From positions 9,159-73,158 of the forward strand of contig PBEC01000017.1 in the NCBI GenBank assembly GCA_002717515.1: a stretch of 64,000 nt of DNA, in the 5' to 3' direction. Positions 50,236 through 59,806 of this stretch are shown here, piece by piece. The stretch comes from Flavobacteriales bacterium (GTDB lineage: Bacteria > Bacteroidota > Bacteroidia > Flavobacteriales_C > GCA-002722245). The notes beneath the pieces were generated by a model. The model was given only the letters and a program-made list of their open reading frames with translations. It was not told the DNA's origin and searched no databases. Both the position numbers and the translations under genes were made by a program. Position 1 is the first letter of the stretch. Every line of letters starts with the position of its first letter.

Positions 50236-52179
50236 TTGAAGTATCTTTTTTTTGTACTTATTCTTTTACTAGAGATATCGTCAAGCTCATGCAGTCAAAC
50301 CCTGTTACCTGAGAAAAGGCTCGAGGAGCAAAACCATTGGTTTACGTCCTGTGAATCCACAAAATTGATTAATAAAGTTCGGTTTTTTTCAGACGGTAAA
50401 GGTTTAATTAAATCTCAAAACATAATTTGTGATTCCATTTCAAGATCTGGAAAATTTAGTTTGATTATGAAGCAAAACAAAAAATTTGCTTTTGAGACAT
50501 CAATAAAAAAAATAAAAAAAGGCGATTATTTTCTCGCATCCGTCTGGGTCAAGGGTTCAATAAGTTTACCTAAACTAACAGCTGTTTACAACAAAAGATT
50601 TAACACAAAAAACAAAGTTTTAAAAAAAGAGAACGGGTGGAGCTATCTTGAAATAAGAATACATATAAAGGAAGATGCACCAGAATTAAAATTTTATGTT
50701 TTTAAACCGGATAAAATACAGATGATTTTAGACGACTTTCACGTCTATAAGCTCCCCAATAAAATGAACTCAAAAACTAATCAGCTTGAGGGTATCGAAA
50801 AAGTTAACCTAAAAGTTCCTGAGGATAATTTAATTAAAGTTATTGAGCAAAGAAAACAAGCATTTAATGACAAAATGCTAAGTAAAAAAACAAAAAAATG
50901 GATTAAAGTAGAAGCAAACGGAAAAAAGGCAAAAATGAGATTAAAAGGAGATTGGCTGGACCATTTGTCGAACTACAAATGGAGCTACCGAATAAAAACA
51001 ACACAACCACCATTTGTAGAGTATTCGATAACAAATCCTATTTCAAGAAATTTTTTAATTGAATTTTCCGCTCAAAAAATAATGCGCTCAGAAGGAATTT
51101 TTACAACTAATTATTCTTTTTGCTATGTTTCTACGAACGACTCAATGAAGGGGATTTATGGATTGGAACAACACTTTAATAAAAAGTTAATTGAAACCTG
51201 GAAATTCGGAAGTGGAGACATCTTGAAATATGATGAAAATGATGTTTGGAAAATCAGAAAAAAAAATAATCTAAAAGATAGACAGGAGCTCAACTACCTG
51301 GATTGCTCTAATATTCTTTCGTACATAAATAAAGGCAATTCAGAACATATGAAAAACAACGGCAAAACATTGGACATATTAAAGAAAACTGACTTTCCTG
51401 TAGATTCAATATTTGATATTGATTATATGGCAAAATACTGCGCTTTGATTGATTTATTTAACGCACATCACGGTATATTTTGGCACAATATAAGACTCTT
51501 TAAAAGCGATTCAACTCATAAATACTACCCTATTGCCTTTGACTTGAGTACCGATAAAAATTCCAACAATGATGACTTGCTGTTTCAAAAAATAGATAAA
51601 GAGCCAATTTTTATTGGATTATTTCAAAATAAAAAATTTAAAAAGAAATATTTTAATCAACTTAAAATTTATTCATCAGATGATTTTCTGAATCGAATAA
51701 ATACATTTCTAGGTGAAGAGCACAAACTCTATTCGAAAGCCATTCTTCAGGAATACGACTCTGTATGGATTCAAAATGAATTATACCGAGAAAGGGCTCA
51801 GCAAATAAAATTATTAATTCAAAACGGGCTTAAAGACACATTGAACACACTTAAATTCGACACAAAAAACACGAATCTTTTAAACAACGAGTACGAGTTC
51901 GAGCCGGTCATTTCCGCGAAAGCTTACAATCAAGGAAACGGTAAAATACTAATCATGAACTTCTATAATAAACCCATTGAAATAATATCTTTTGAGGATG
52001 ATAAAGGACGACCGGTAAAAACCTCATCAAAACAAATACAAGCATACAAAAAGGCTTTCTCAAAAGCATCGTATTATATACACAGCACGAAAACTAAATT
52101 AAAATGGTGTGTTGTTAGCGTTAACAAAAAAAGATATCGAATAAAAATACGTAAAGGCGCATACCCTATAAGCTATTAA
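50236..52179 (+). CDS. CotH-family (atypical kinase-like) lipoprotein
   Basis: Signal/lipobox ..EISSSSC. The core block KMRLKGDWLDHLSNYKWSYRIK...ITNPISRNFLIEFSAQKIMRSEGIFTTNYSFCYVSTNDSMKGIYGLEQHFNKKLIE matches the CotH pattern. Confidence 0.55.
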   Translation: MKYLFFVLILLLEISSSSCSQTLLPEKRLEEQNHWFTSCESTKLINKVRFFSDGKGLIKSQNIICDSISRSGKFSLIMKQNKKFAFETSIKKIKKGDYFLASVWVKGSISLPKLTAVYNKRFNTKNKVLKKENGWSYLEIRIHIKEDAPELKFYVFKPDKIQMILDDFHVYKLPNKMNSKTNQLEGIEKVNLKVPEDNLIKVIEQRKQAFNDKMLSKKTKKWIKVEANGKKAKMRLKGDWLDHLSNYKWSYRIKTTQPPFVEYSITNPISRNFLIEFSAQKIMRSEGIFTTNYSFCYVSTNDSMKGIYGLEQHFNKKLIETWKFGSGDILKYDENDVWKIRKKNNLKDRQELNYLDCSNILSYINKGNSEHMKNNGKTLDILKKTDFPVDSIFDIDYMAKYCALIDLFNAHHGIFWHNIRLFKSDSTHKYYPIAFDLSTDKNSNNDDLLFQKIDKEPIFIGLFQNKKFKKKYFNQLKIYSSDDFLNRINTFLGEEHKLYSKAILQEYDSVWIQNELYRERAQQIKLLIQNGLKDTLNTLKFDTKNTNLLNNEYEFEPVISAKAYNQGNGKILIMNFYNKPIEIISFEDDKGRPVKTSSKQIQAYKKAFSKASYYIHSTKTKLKWCVVSVNKKRYRIKIRKGAYPISY

Positions 52180-53740
52180 AAAAAACTATTTTCTTCTCCA
52201 GTACATTAGGAGATGTTTCAATTTGATGCTTAAATCGATTTAAATCTTTTGCTAAAAAAGGTATAAAAGACACAACTCTTTCCATGGGTTTTGAACCTGG
52301 AAAAAGTTTATTGATAATATTTACTAATTTCAAAATATCTTCCTGATGCTTTTTCTTTTCTGCCTTTAAGAATCTTTTTTCAACATTTTTGAGAGCTGAA
52401 TTAGCCCTCTTTTCCTCACCTTCAATTACCTTCTTCAATTGCACATCAATCTCATCTCCTTTTATCTTTAAATTATGAAAAAACTTTTTTAAGAATTCAA
52501 AATCCTGATCAAGTGAAATAGGATTGGACGACAAAAACTTGGTTAGTGCATTAATTTGAACATTAACGTCATCAAACAAGGCTTCCGAAAATAAATTTCT
52601 TGAACTGAGCCAATCGAAATTTTTTTCAGTCAATACAAAATAAGAATTTCTCAAAATTGGTATTGGAAAACCAATCTTTAGAGCATTAAAAACAGGTTTA
52701 AGTTCTAACCAATAGGAAACCTCCCCCGCGCCACCAACATAAGCCAGGTTAGGAAACAAGATTTCTTGATAAACAGGGCGAAGCAAAACATTTGGACTAA
52801 TTTTCTCAGGTGTTTTATCAATTAGCTCTTCTATTTCATCAGGGGTCCAAAACATGGATTGATCTGAAGTCGAAAACCCTTCTTTCGTTCTCACAAATCT
52901 CTTTCGAATTCCATTCTCGATGTAAAACAAATTTATCTCCCTAGGTTTAACTTGAAGTTTGTAATCCTGTTTTATTTTGTTGAGATGATCTTTACTTGAA
53001 TTGGTTACAATCTGTTCAAAAAATTCTTTTCGAGCAACGTCTTTAAACAGTGTTTTTAATTCTCTTGAATCCGCATCAAAAATAAGCAAACCCTCTTCTT
53101 TAAAAAGTTCTCTAATAAAAACCCTTGTTATGTGACTTAAGTTCTTTCCTGAATCAAAAGCCTGATTAATAAGCTCTTTAACATGGCTAAATTCTTTATC
53201 ATCTCCTAAAACCTGATTTACCTCTTTTATAAAACTCTTAAAATGTTTACTCTGAATCCTCCCCACAGGTCCAGCGTTGTTTCCGGGACAACTTATGGTT
53301 TTTCCAAACAGGTTCACTTTTGAAATCTCTTGATAATCGTGATCCTCTGATGCCATCCAAAAAATAGGTAAAACTGCATTCTGTGATGTTGAAATTTGTT
53401 TAGAGAGTTTTATTACATCCATAATTTTTGTGTAAAAAAACAACGGCCCTCCTAAAAGCATCAACTGATGTCCTGTGGTTATCGTAAAAGTAGTTTCTTT
53501 CGAAAAAAGAGCTAAGTTAAACTTCTCTTTTTCAGTAAGTTCAAATGGTGAATACTGATTTTTCAGAGCTTTATAAACTATTGCTCTATTACTGGAGCTG
53601 TAACTTCTACCTTTGTTATCCAACAACTGCTTCTCAGAGTAATCCCAGTTAACAATTTTTTTAGCTTTTAACTCTCCCGATAAATAATCTGAAATAATTC
53701 TTGGGTAAAAATCAACTTTATTGGATTTTATTAAATTCAT
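52166..53740 (-). CDS. bshC: Bacillithiol biosynthesis cysteine-adding enzyme BshC
   Basis: TGHQLMLLGGPLFFYTKIMDVIKL and PIFWMASEDHDYQEI align to B. subtilis BshC (..GGQQAGLLTGPLYTIHKI.. and ..PIFWVAGEDHDLDEI..). About 524 aa, as expected. The start overlaps the upstream gene stop (ATGA). Confidence 0.8.
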   Translation of the reverse strand: MNLIKSNKVDFYPRIISDYLSGELKAKKIVNWDYSEKQLLDNKGRSYSSSNRAIVYKALKNQYSPFELTEKEKFNLALFSKETTFTITTGHQLMLLGGPLFFYTKIMDVIKLSKQISTSQNAVLPIFWMASEDHDYQEISKVNLFGKTISCPGNNAGPVGRIQSKHFKSFIKEVNQVLGDDKEFSHVKELINQAFDSGKNLSHITRVFIRELFKEEGLLIFDADSRELKTLFKDVARKEFFEQIVTNSSKDHLNKIKQDYKLQVKPREINLFYIENGIRKRFVRTKEGFSTSDQSMFWTPDEIEELIDKTPEKISPNVLLRPVYQEILFPNLAYVGGAGEVSYWLELKPVFNALKIGFPIPILRNSYFVLTEKNFDWLSSRNLFSEALFDDVNVQINALTKFLSSNPISLDQDFEFLKKFFHNLKIKGDEIDVQLKKVIEGEEKRANSALKNVEKRFLKAEKKKHQEDILKLVNIINKLFPGSKPMERVVSFIPFLAKDLNRFKHQIETSPNVLEKKIVFFNSL

Positions 53741-55200
53741 TTGTTTTGTGTTCCATATTCCTCAATCGGATTCTCCAATACGCTATACCTAGAATTACTC
53801 AACGTAATTATGGAAGAGGCTGTGTAAAACCCAATTCTTGTTTCAGAATATTTGTAATCAATCAACGTTAGTTTTACAATCTTATTTATTGAAAGTTCTA
53901 TGTAATGGCCGTATCTTATAAGCTTGAAGTCTACAGAATAATCGTTACCAACAACAAATTGATTGGTTTGTAAATTTTTGAAAACAAAATTATTTTGAGT
54001 GTCATCAGGGTTGAAACCCCACGCTCTTATTTGAACATAACCACTTTTAAAATCAAGCGATATATAGTAGCCACTTCCATCATCTCCTTCAGCCAACAGC
54101 AATCCACACTTTCCTATGCCTTCCATAGCAATTGTCCCCTCCCATATGTATGCTGCAGAAATTCGCTCGAAAGTAAACAATTCATATCCTGACCTTGATG
54201 TCATCCACCATTTACCCTGTACATTCTCAAACTTGGCAGTAGGATTATTATACATAGGCTTGACTTCTGGAAAGGCTTTTTGAGTATGAATTTCAGTAAC
54301 TTTTTCTGTCCATTTATAAAATGACTTAAGATATAACTTCCCTTCCGAATTGACCGCCAGCTCTTTTGGTGGAGGCAACACTCGTTTAGAATTTACTTTA
54401 CGATCAAGAAAATAAAAACCGTAAACAAGATTATGATCTCCGTCTTTTACAATTCTTGCGGCATAATTTCCTTGAGGCATCAAAACATCATGATGAAAAG
54501 ACTGATACTCTCCATCAAAAGAATCCGAGTGCCAATAACGAACTTTTATATCTTCTCGAATTGATCCAATGAGAAAAAACCGACCTTCCATCTCTATTAA
54601 ACACGGACATTCAATATCATCATAAGCCAAAGGGAATAATATCGGCTTTTCAGGCTCAAATCCATTTTCGGTTCTTTTATAAGCCGCCACACAACCTCTT
54701 CTGTAAACAGGACCCGTGCTTGCTCTGGCACATATTAACAGATACTCCAAGCCTTTATTCTTAAATAAAAAAGGATCTCGAAAACTTAGCCATGTCCTCG
54801 GATTATTCTTAACATCTTCATAGTAAGGAGCCTGAGATTCTATAGGCAAGTCCTCAGGAAAAGTTTTATCCCAACTAATTAAATCTTTAGAAATCGCTCT
54901 TCCAACTCTTTGATTAATCCCTCGCTCCTCCAGCTGCAACCCCGTATAAAACATCTCAAAACTACCGTCTTCACAATCCGAAACGTCCATTGTCCACAAC
55001 ATATCATCATCCCACTCGCCTGGATCTCCAACGAAAATAGCGTTCTTTACCCTACTCCATGAAATTCCGTCCTTAGAAACTGCATGCGCAATGTAATCGT
55101 GATTAGGTATTATTAAATGAAATAAATGATAAACTCCATTATGGACATGAACTTCCACATCCCCAATTTCCCAATCTGTAAACCCACTTCCTGTATACAT
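53737..55200 (-). CDS. GH32-family-like (beta-fructofuranosidase/invertase-like 5-bladed propeller) glycoside hydrolase with a degenerate N-terminal nucleophile motif
   Basis: FRDPFLF matches the RDP motif and DIECPCLIEMEG matches the EC(P) acid/base motif at the expected spacing. GVYHLFHL resembles GEYHLFYQ. The canonical WMNDPNG is replaced by FTDWEIGD right at the N-terminus. A C-terminal beta-sandwich-like domain is present. Confidence 0.5.
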   Translation of the reverse strand: MYTGSGFTDWEIGDVEVHVHNGVYHLFHLIIPNHDYIAHAVSKDGISWSRVKNAIFVGDPGEWDDDMLWTMDVSDCEDGSFEMFYTGLQLEERGINQRVGRAISKDLISWDKTFPEDLPIESQAPYYEDVKNNPRTWLSFRDPFLFKNKGLEYLLICARASTGPVYRRGCVAAYKRTENGFEPEKPILFPLAYDDIECPCLIEMEGRFFLIGSIREDIKVRYWHSDSFDGEYQSFHHDVLMPQGNYAARIVKDGDHNLVYGFYFLDRKVNSKRVLPPPKELAVNSEGKLYLKSFYKWTEKVTEIHTQKAFPEVKPMYNNPTAKFENVQGKWWMTSRSGYELFTFERISAAYIWEGTIAMEGIGKCGLLLAEGDDGSGYYISLDFKSGYVQIRAWGFNPDDTQNNFVFKNLQTNQFVVGNDYSVDFKLIRYGHYIELSINKIVKLTLIDYKYSETRIGFYTASSIITLSNSRYSVLENPIEEYGTQNK

Positions 55201-55205
55201 ATGAA

Positions 55206-57362
55206 CTATTTCAATTTAAAATGCTCAAGTCCTTCCAGAATACCCGCTGCAGCATACTTTTTTGCTACGTATAATTTTTTTCTGGTCCTTAAGTGACTTA
55301 ATTCTTCTGATGCATTACCAACAACAATTCCATTTATGGGTTCCCGGAACATGTCCATATCATTTCCTGAGTCTCCACATGCGTAAACCTTATTCAACTG
55401 TAGGCCCCATTTATGACAAAGATAAAGGATTGCATTTCCCTTTGAGGCTCTTTTCGGAAGGATATCAACAAATTTATTGTGTGACGCTATTACATTTATA
55501 TGATACCAGTCGTTGCCTAATCGTGACTTTATTTTTTCTTCATTATACTTTTGTGAGTCACAGTAATAAGAAATCTTATGTGGGTTTTGAGCATTTTCCT
55601 CCTGTAAAACCAACCAATCTAAAGATTTAAGAGCGTCAACAATTTTAGATCGGTCCCATTTGAAGTCGAGGTATGCACTCCAATCCTCATCTTTACTATT
55701 TAGGTCTGTATCGTAATATATTTGTGTACCAACTGAACACACGATAAAATCAACATCTAATTTATATTCATCAACAACTTCTTTTACCAAATCAAAATTT
55801 CGTCCCGAAGACAAAGCAAAACTAATTCCAGTCTCTCTATTTTGAAGGAATTTTTTTAAATCCTCTATTCCTGGATCGCCATGCTCAGGAGCAATCAAAG
55901 TACCATCAATATCAGAAATAATCAAACTTTTACTCTCTTTTAAATGCTTTATATGTTCTTTTGGAGCGTTAAGTTCCTTGGCTGTTTTTGGCTCAGAACG
56001 ACTGATACTTTCCTGGACCCAGCTAACATACACTTCTATGTGAGCATCCCAACTGTAATGCTTTTTGGTGTTTAATATCCCATTATCACTAAAATGACGC
56101 CATTTTTGCTCATTCGTAAGTATTTTTTTTATACTTCTTGTTATGTCAGCCTTATCCATTGGATCAACCAACAAACCATTTTTCATCCTTGGCACAATTT
56201 CAGATGGACCACCATTCTTTGTAATTACAACAGGTAATCCTGTTCCTCCTGCCTCAATTGTAGTTAAACCGAAATTTTCATGCAAACAGATATTTGCAAA
56301 AACTCCACGCTTATTGGCGCAATATTGATAAATCAGAGCTACTTCATTTTCAATATCGTGTCTTTTAGGTATCGCCATTTTCCCGTATAAATCATACTTG
56401 TCCATAAGGAGCAAAAGTTCTGTAAGAACCTCTTTTTCTTGCTCAGGCATAGTATTTATATCCTTTCTAATACCGGCAAAAATTGCCAGATTAGCTAAAG
56501 CTTGTAACTCCTTATCTTCTCCATACGCCTCAATTAAAAAATGTAAATTTTTTCTTCTATCTGGACGGCTAAGAGCCATAATTACGGGTTTATTCGGGTT
56601 CGTCAAGAACTTTTCGATATTTTGACCAACCCAATACCTACGTTGAAGTTGAATTAAGTCCTCTTCCTCCTGAAATCGTTTAATGTAATAAGGTGTAAAC
56701 TTTTGTATATCTATTCCAGGAGGCTGAACGTGAAATTGAGCCTTATCATAATTATCGTATTCCTCCCAGTCTGCTATTTCTAAATAAGTTGATGTAACTA
56801 TAAACTCACTCAAAGCCAGCGCATTCTCCTCTGCACTGATTCTTTGTTTAAATTTAAACCTTTCCTCAGCCTCCTTTTCTGTCATTCCAGATGCAAGCAT
56901 TTTTTGCTTTTTAGCCAATCCAAGAGAGTGCCCTGTATGAGCGAAAGGAACATTCAAGCGTACAGACAGTCGAGAAGCTGCATAACCAGCGTCTCCATAA
57001 TGAGAATGTATCCAATCCGGCTGAATATCATATTCTTTTATATGTTTCAAAGCATTTTCTACAAATTCATCAAGATGAGCCCAAAGCTCTTCTTTCATTT
57101 TATACTTTAATCCACCAAATTCAATTCGACGAATATCAAACTTAGGATTAATCTCTTCAATGGTCGCACCATACTCCGACGAAACTTCATCATCTTTAAT
57201 TTTTCTTGTGAACAAATGCACATGTTCAACCTCTTCATGATTGGAAAGGTATTCTGAGAGTTCAAGGACATATTTTGTTTGTCCTCCATTATCGGCGTCT
57301 CTTCCAATTTCAAGACCACTTCCCTTTACCAGGCCATGGAGATTAATGATGAATATTCTCAT
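55206..57362 (-). CDS. sps: Bifunctional-architecture sucrose-phosphate synthase (GT4 glucosyltransferase domain plus C-terminal sucrose-phosphatase-like HAD domain)
   Basis: N-terminal HGLVKGSGLEIGRDADNGGQTKYVLEL, the GT-B core, and a C-terminal HAD motif LIISDIDGTLI...GDSGNDMDMF. 718 aa, like the cyanobacterial SPS. Confidence 0.85.
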   Translation of the reverse strand: MRIFIINLHGLVKGSGLEIGRDADNGGQTKYVLELSEYLSNHEEVEHVHLFTRKIKDDEVSSEYGATIEEINPKFDIRRIEFGGLKYKMKEELWAHLDEFVENALKHIKEYDIQPDWIHSHYGDAGYAASRLSVRLNVPFAHTGHSLGLAKKQKMLASGMTEKEAEERFKFKQRISAEENALALSEFIVTSTYLEIADWEEYDNYDKAQFHVQPPGIDIQKFTPYYIKRFQEEEDLIQLQRRYWVGQNIEKFLTNPNKPVIMALSRPDRRKNLHFLIEAYGEDKELQALANLAIFAGIRKDINTMPEQEKEVLTELLLLMDKYDLYGKMAIPKRHDIENEVALIYQYCANKRGVFANICLHENFGLTTIEAGGTGLPVVITKNGGPSEIVPRMKNGLLVDPMDKADITRSIKKILTNEQKWRHFSDNGILNTKKHYSWDAHIEVYVSWVQESISRSEPKTAKELNAPKEHIKHLKESKSLIISDIDGTLIAPEHGDPGIEDLKKFLQNRETGISFALSSGRNFDLVKEVVDEYKLDVDFIVCSVGTQIYYDTDLNSKDEDWSAYLDFKWDRSKIVDALKSLDWLVLQEENAQNPHKISYYCDSQKYNEEKIKSRLGNDWYHINVIASHNKFVDILPKRASKGNAILYLCHKWGLQLNKVYACGDSGNDMDMFREPINGIVVGNASEELSHLRTRKKLYVAKKYAAAGILEGLEHFKLK

Positions 57363-57384
57363 AATATTTTTGTTTCAAACGGAT

Positions 57385-57415
57385 ACAAAAAATCCGAATT
57401 ATTTACAATTCGGAA
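57385..57415 (-). terminator. Rho-independent terminator of the CHI-like gene (minus-strand sense), in the SPS upstream region
   Basis: On the minus strand it reads TTCCGAATTgtaaatAATTCGGA followed by TTTTTTG. It is a perfect 8-bp stem. Confidence 0.6.
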
Positions 57416-57451
57416 ATTTATAAAATTGTTGTTCAAAAATCTCACTCAATA

Positions 57452-58012
57452 TTAATCAGTTCCTAACAATTCATCCTTTAAATCGTCTAAAACAGGATAT
57501 TCTCCTATCCACATTCCAAGCAATGCCTTTTGAAAATCTTTGTTTGCAGGCACCTTAACGGTTTCTTTTCCTGATTTGTAAATTTTTGTTTCTCCAGATT
57601 GATCAAAATACACAATAAACTCATCGTCTGCGGCAAAATCTGAACCAAAACCATTTCGAACTAATGCAATTTCCTTTTTTATAGAATCAGTTTTGCCTTG
57701 GGTTGACTTTTCAAAACCATCGTTCAGGCCCTTGTGAAACTTTTCAGCAGTAATTAAACTGCTTACAATTACTATTCTGACAAATTTGTTAGCATCCGAA
57801 TCTAAAATCACAGAACCGTCTGAGCTCTTTTCTTTAACATAAAGACCTATTGCATAGAGGTCAATAAACCATTTCTCTCTTACCCCGGCACCATTTAAAA
57901 CGTATTCTCCACCCAAGAATTTCTCATTGGATTTATATTTAATATCCGACACCTCTACGTCAGCAGAAACAAATAAAACTGTTGCGAATAATAATGCTAC
58001 AATCTTTTTCAT
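57452..58012 (-). CDS. Chalcone isomerase-like (CHI-fold, Chalcone_3 family) secreted protein
   Basis: Signal peptide. LNGAGVRE...LYAIGLYV blocks typical of CHI-like fatty-acid-binding family proteins. Confidence 0.6.
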   Translation of the reverse strand: MKKIVALLFATVLFVSADVEVSDIKYKSNEKFLGGEYVLNGAGVREKWFIDLYAIGLYVKEKSSDGSVILDSDANKFVRIVIVSSLITAEKFHKGLNDGFEKSTQGKTDSIKKEIALVRNGFGSDFAADDEFIVYFDQSGETKIYKSGKETVKVPANKDFQKALLGMWIGEYPVLDDLKDELLGTD

Positions 58013-58051
58013 AATTTAATTTATAAGGTGAAATCCGAATTTTAATAAAAG

Positions 58052-58708
58052 TCAAATCTCGATCAAATTATTTACTATTGCGTATTTAACCAATTCAGCA
58101 ACATTTTTCACCTTCACTTTTTGCATAATATTTGTCCGATGCGTATCAACGGTTCTGTGAGAAATACCCAATTTATTGGCTATTTTTTGATTACTCAAAC
58201 CATCTGAAAGGAGCTTGATTATTTGAACTTCTCGATCAGTTAAACCGGACAACTTTCTTTTTTTACCATTGAAATCCCCAGCTTTATCCACATAGCTACT
58301 CACCATCAACTGACTAACCTCTGAAGCAAAATACCTTTCCCCTTTGGCAACCTGTTTTATAGCCTTAATTAATTCCTCTTTTGGGGAGTCTTTTAAAATA
58401 TAACCCGATGCACCCGCTTTTATACTCCTTTGAATAAAATCTTCTTTAACATGCATGGATAACATAATAACTTTAACATCTTTATTCTTTTTGATTACCT
58501 CATCGGTAAGAAAAATGCCGTCTCCATCGTCAAGTGAAATATCCATCAATACAACATCAGGCTTTTTTTTATTTATGTATTGTAAAGCATTCGTGGCTGT
58601 ATTGATTTCACCTGTGACATCAATAGCACTCTCCGTTTTAAGCAATGCTTTTATTCCCATTCGTATCAGCTGATGATCATCAACTAAAACAACTTTAATA
58701 GTCTTCAT
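58052..58708 (-). CDS. NarL/LuxR-family response regulator (REC plus HTH_LuxR)
   Basis: Receiver block KVVLVDDHQLIRMGIKALL...VVLMDISLDDGDG. The C-terminal LuxR HTH is LTDREVQIIKLLSDGLSNQKIANKLGISHRTVDTHRTNIMQKV. The start is taken at MKTIK. The ORF track begins 3 codons earlier, at 58717. Confidence 0.8.
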   Translation of the reverse strand: MKTIKVVLVDDHQLIRMGIKALLKTESAIDVTGEINTATNALQYINKKKPDVVLMDISLDDGDGIFLTDEVIKKNKDVKVIMLSMHVKEDFIQRSIKAGASGYILKDSPKEELIKAIKQVAKGERYFASEVSQLMVSSYVDKAGDFNGKKRKLSGLTDREVQIIKLLSDGLSNQKIANKLGISHRTVDTHRTNIMQKVKVKNVAELVKYAIVNNLIEI

Positions 58709-58959
58709 TCCATGCATTTAATTAATTAAATATAACAAAACAATACGGGTTTTTACTTAATTAGAGAATATTAAATAAAACCAAATATTTATGGATAAAA
58801 AATCTTTTGTCATATAAAAAACATTACGAGTAAATTCGTACTTAAGTAATTTCTTTTAATTTTCTAATTGCATTCATTAGGCTCAGAATTGAACAACTTT
58901 TAAAATTCAAATCAATTATTTTTTTTAGAGAATCAAAATGAAGCATGATAAAGATGAAG

Positions 58960-59805
58960 TCATCCAAAAACCTCCTTGGACAGCAACATTGCCTCTTCAA
59001 ATGCAGTTTTATCAAATGATTGATTTACTTCATATTCAAGAAAACTTAGAAGTTTTTCTGTAGCTAAATTTCCTACTAATTCATCCTCTGCCATAGGACA
59101 ACCTCCTATGCCTTTGATTGTTGAATCAAAGCTTTTACATCCAGCACGAGAGGCAGCGAGAATCTTTGCCTCCCAACTGTGAGGACAAGTGTGAAAATGC
59201 GCACTTATTTCAGTTGTTTTAAGTTCTTTGTGCATTAATTCAAACAAAGGCTTAATATTTGAAGGCTGAGAAACGCCTATTGTATCGGAAAGCGCAAGTT
59301 CAGCAACCCCAAGATCGGCAAGTTTAGCCCCCCAATCCAATACAATTTCGGGAGAGTATTCTTCACCGTAAGGATTACCAAATCCCATGGACAAATAAAC
59401 GCGCAGTTTCTTTTTCGATTTTTCACAAATTCGAAGCATTTTTTTAACCGTTTCTAAAGATTGCTCCCGAGTTTTATTTGTGTTATTGATTTGGAATTGT
59501 TCAGAAACGGAAAACGGAAATCCAAGTATATCAATTTGATCAAAATCACCAGCCTCATGAGCCCCTCTCTCATTGGCAACTATAGCAAGAAGCTTTGTTT
59601 GAGACTTTGATAAGTCTAATCTCGACAAAACCTCTGCCGTGTCTTTAAGTTGGGGAATTGCTTTTGGAGAAACAAAGCTACCAAAATCAATAACATCAAA
59701 ACCGACTTTTAGCAAAGCATTGATGTATTTGACCTTTAACGATGTCGGGATGAATTTTTCAATTCCTTGCATCGCATCCCTCGGGCATTCGGTTATTTTA
59801 ATCAT
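58960..59805 (-). CDS. Hydroxymethylglutaryl-CoA lyase (HMGL-like TIM barrel)
   Basis: IKITECPRDAMQG...DVIDFGSFVSPKAIPQ, and a metal-binding HFHTCPHSWEAK... block. The start is taken at MIKIT, so it does not overlap the upstream gene. Confidence 0.8.
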   Translation of the reverse strand: MIKITECPRDAMQGIEKFIPTSLKVKYINALLKVGFDVIDFGSFVSPKAIPQLKDTAEVLSRLDLSKSQTKLLAIVANERGAHEAGDFDQIDILGFPFSVSEQFQINNTNKTREQSLETVKKMLRICEKSKKKLRVYLSMGFGNPYGEEYSPEIVLDWGAKLADLGVAELALSDTIGVSQPSNIKPLFELMHKELKTTEISAHFHTCPHSWEAKILAASRAGCKSFDSTIKGIGGCPMAEDELVGNLATEKLLSFLEYEVNQSFDKTAFEEAMLLSKEVFG

Positions 59806-59806
59806 T

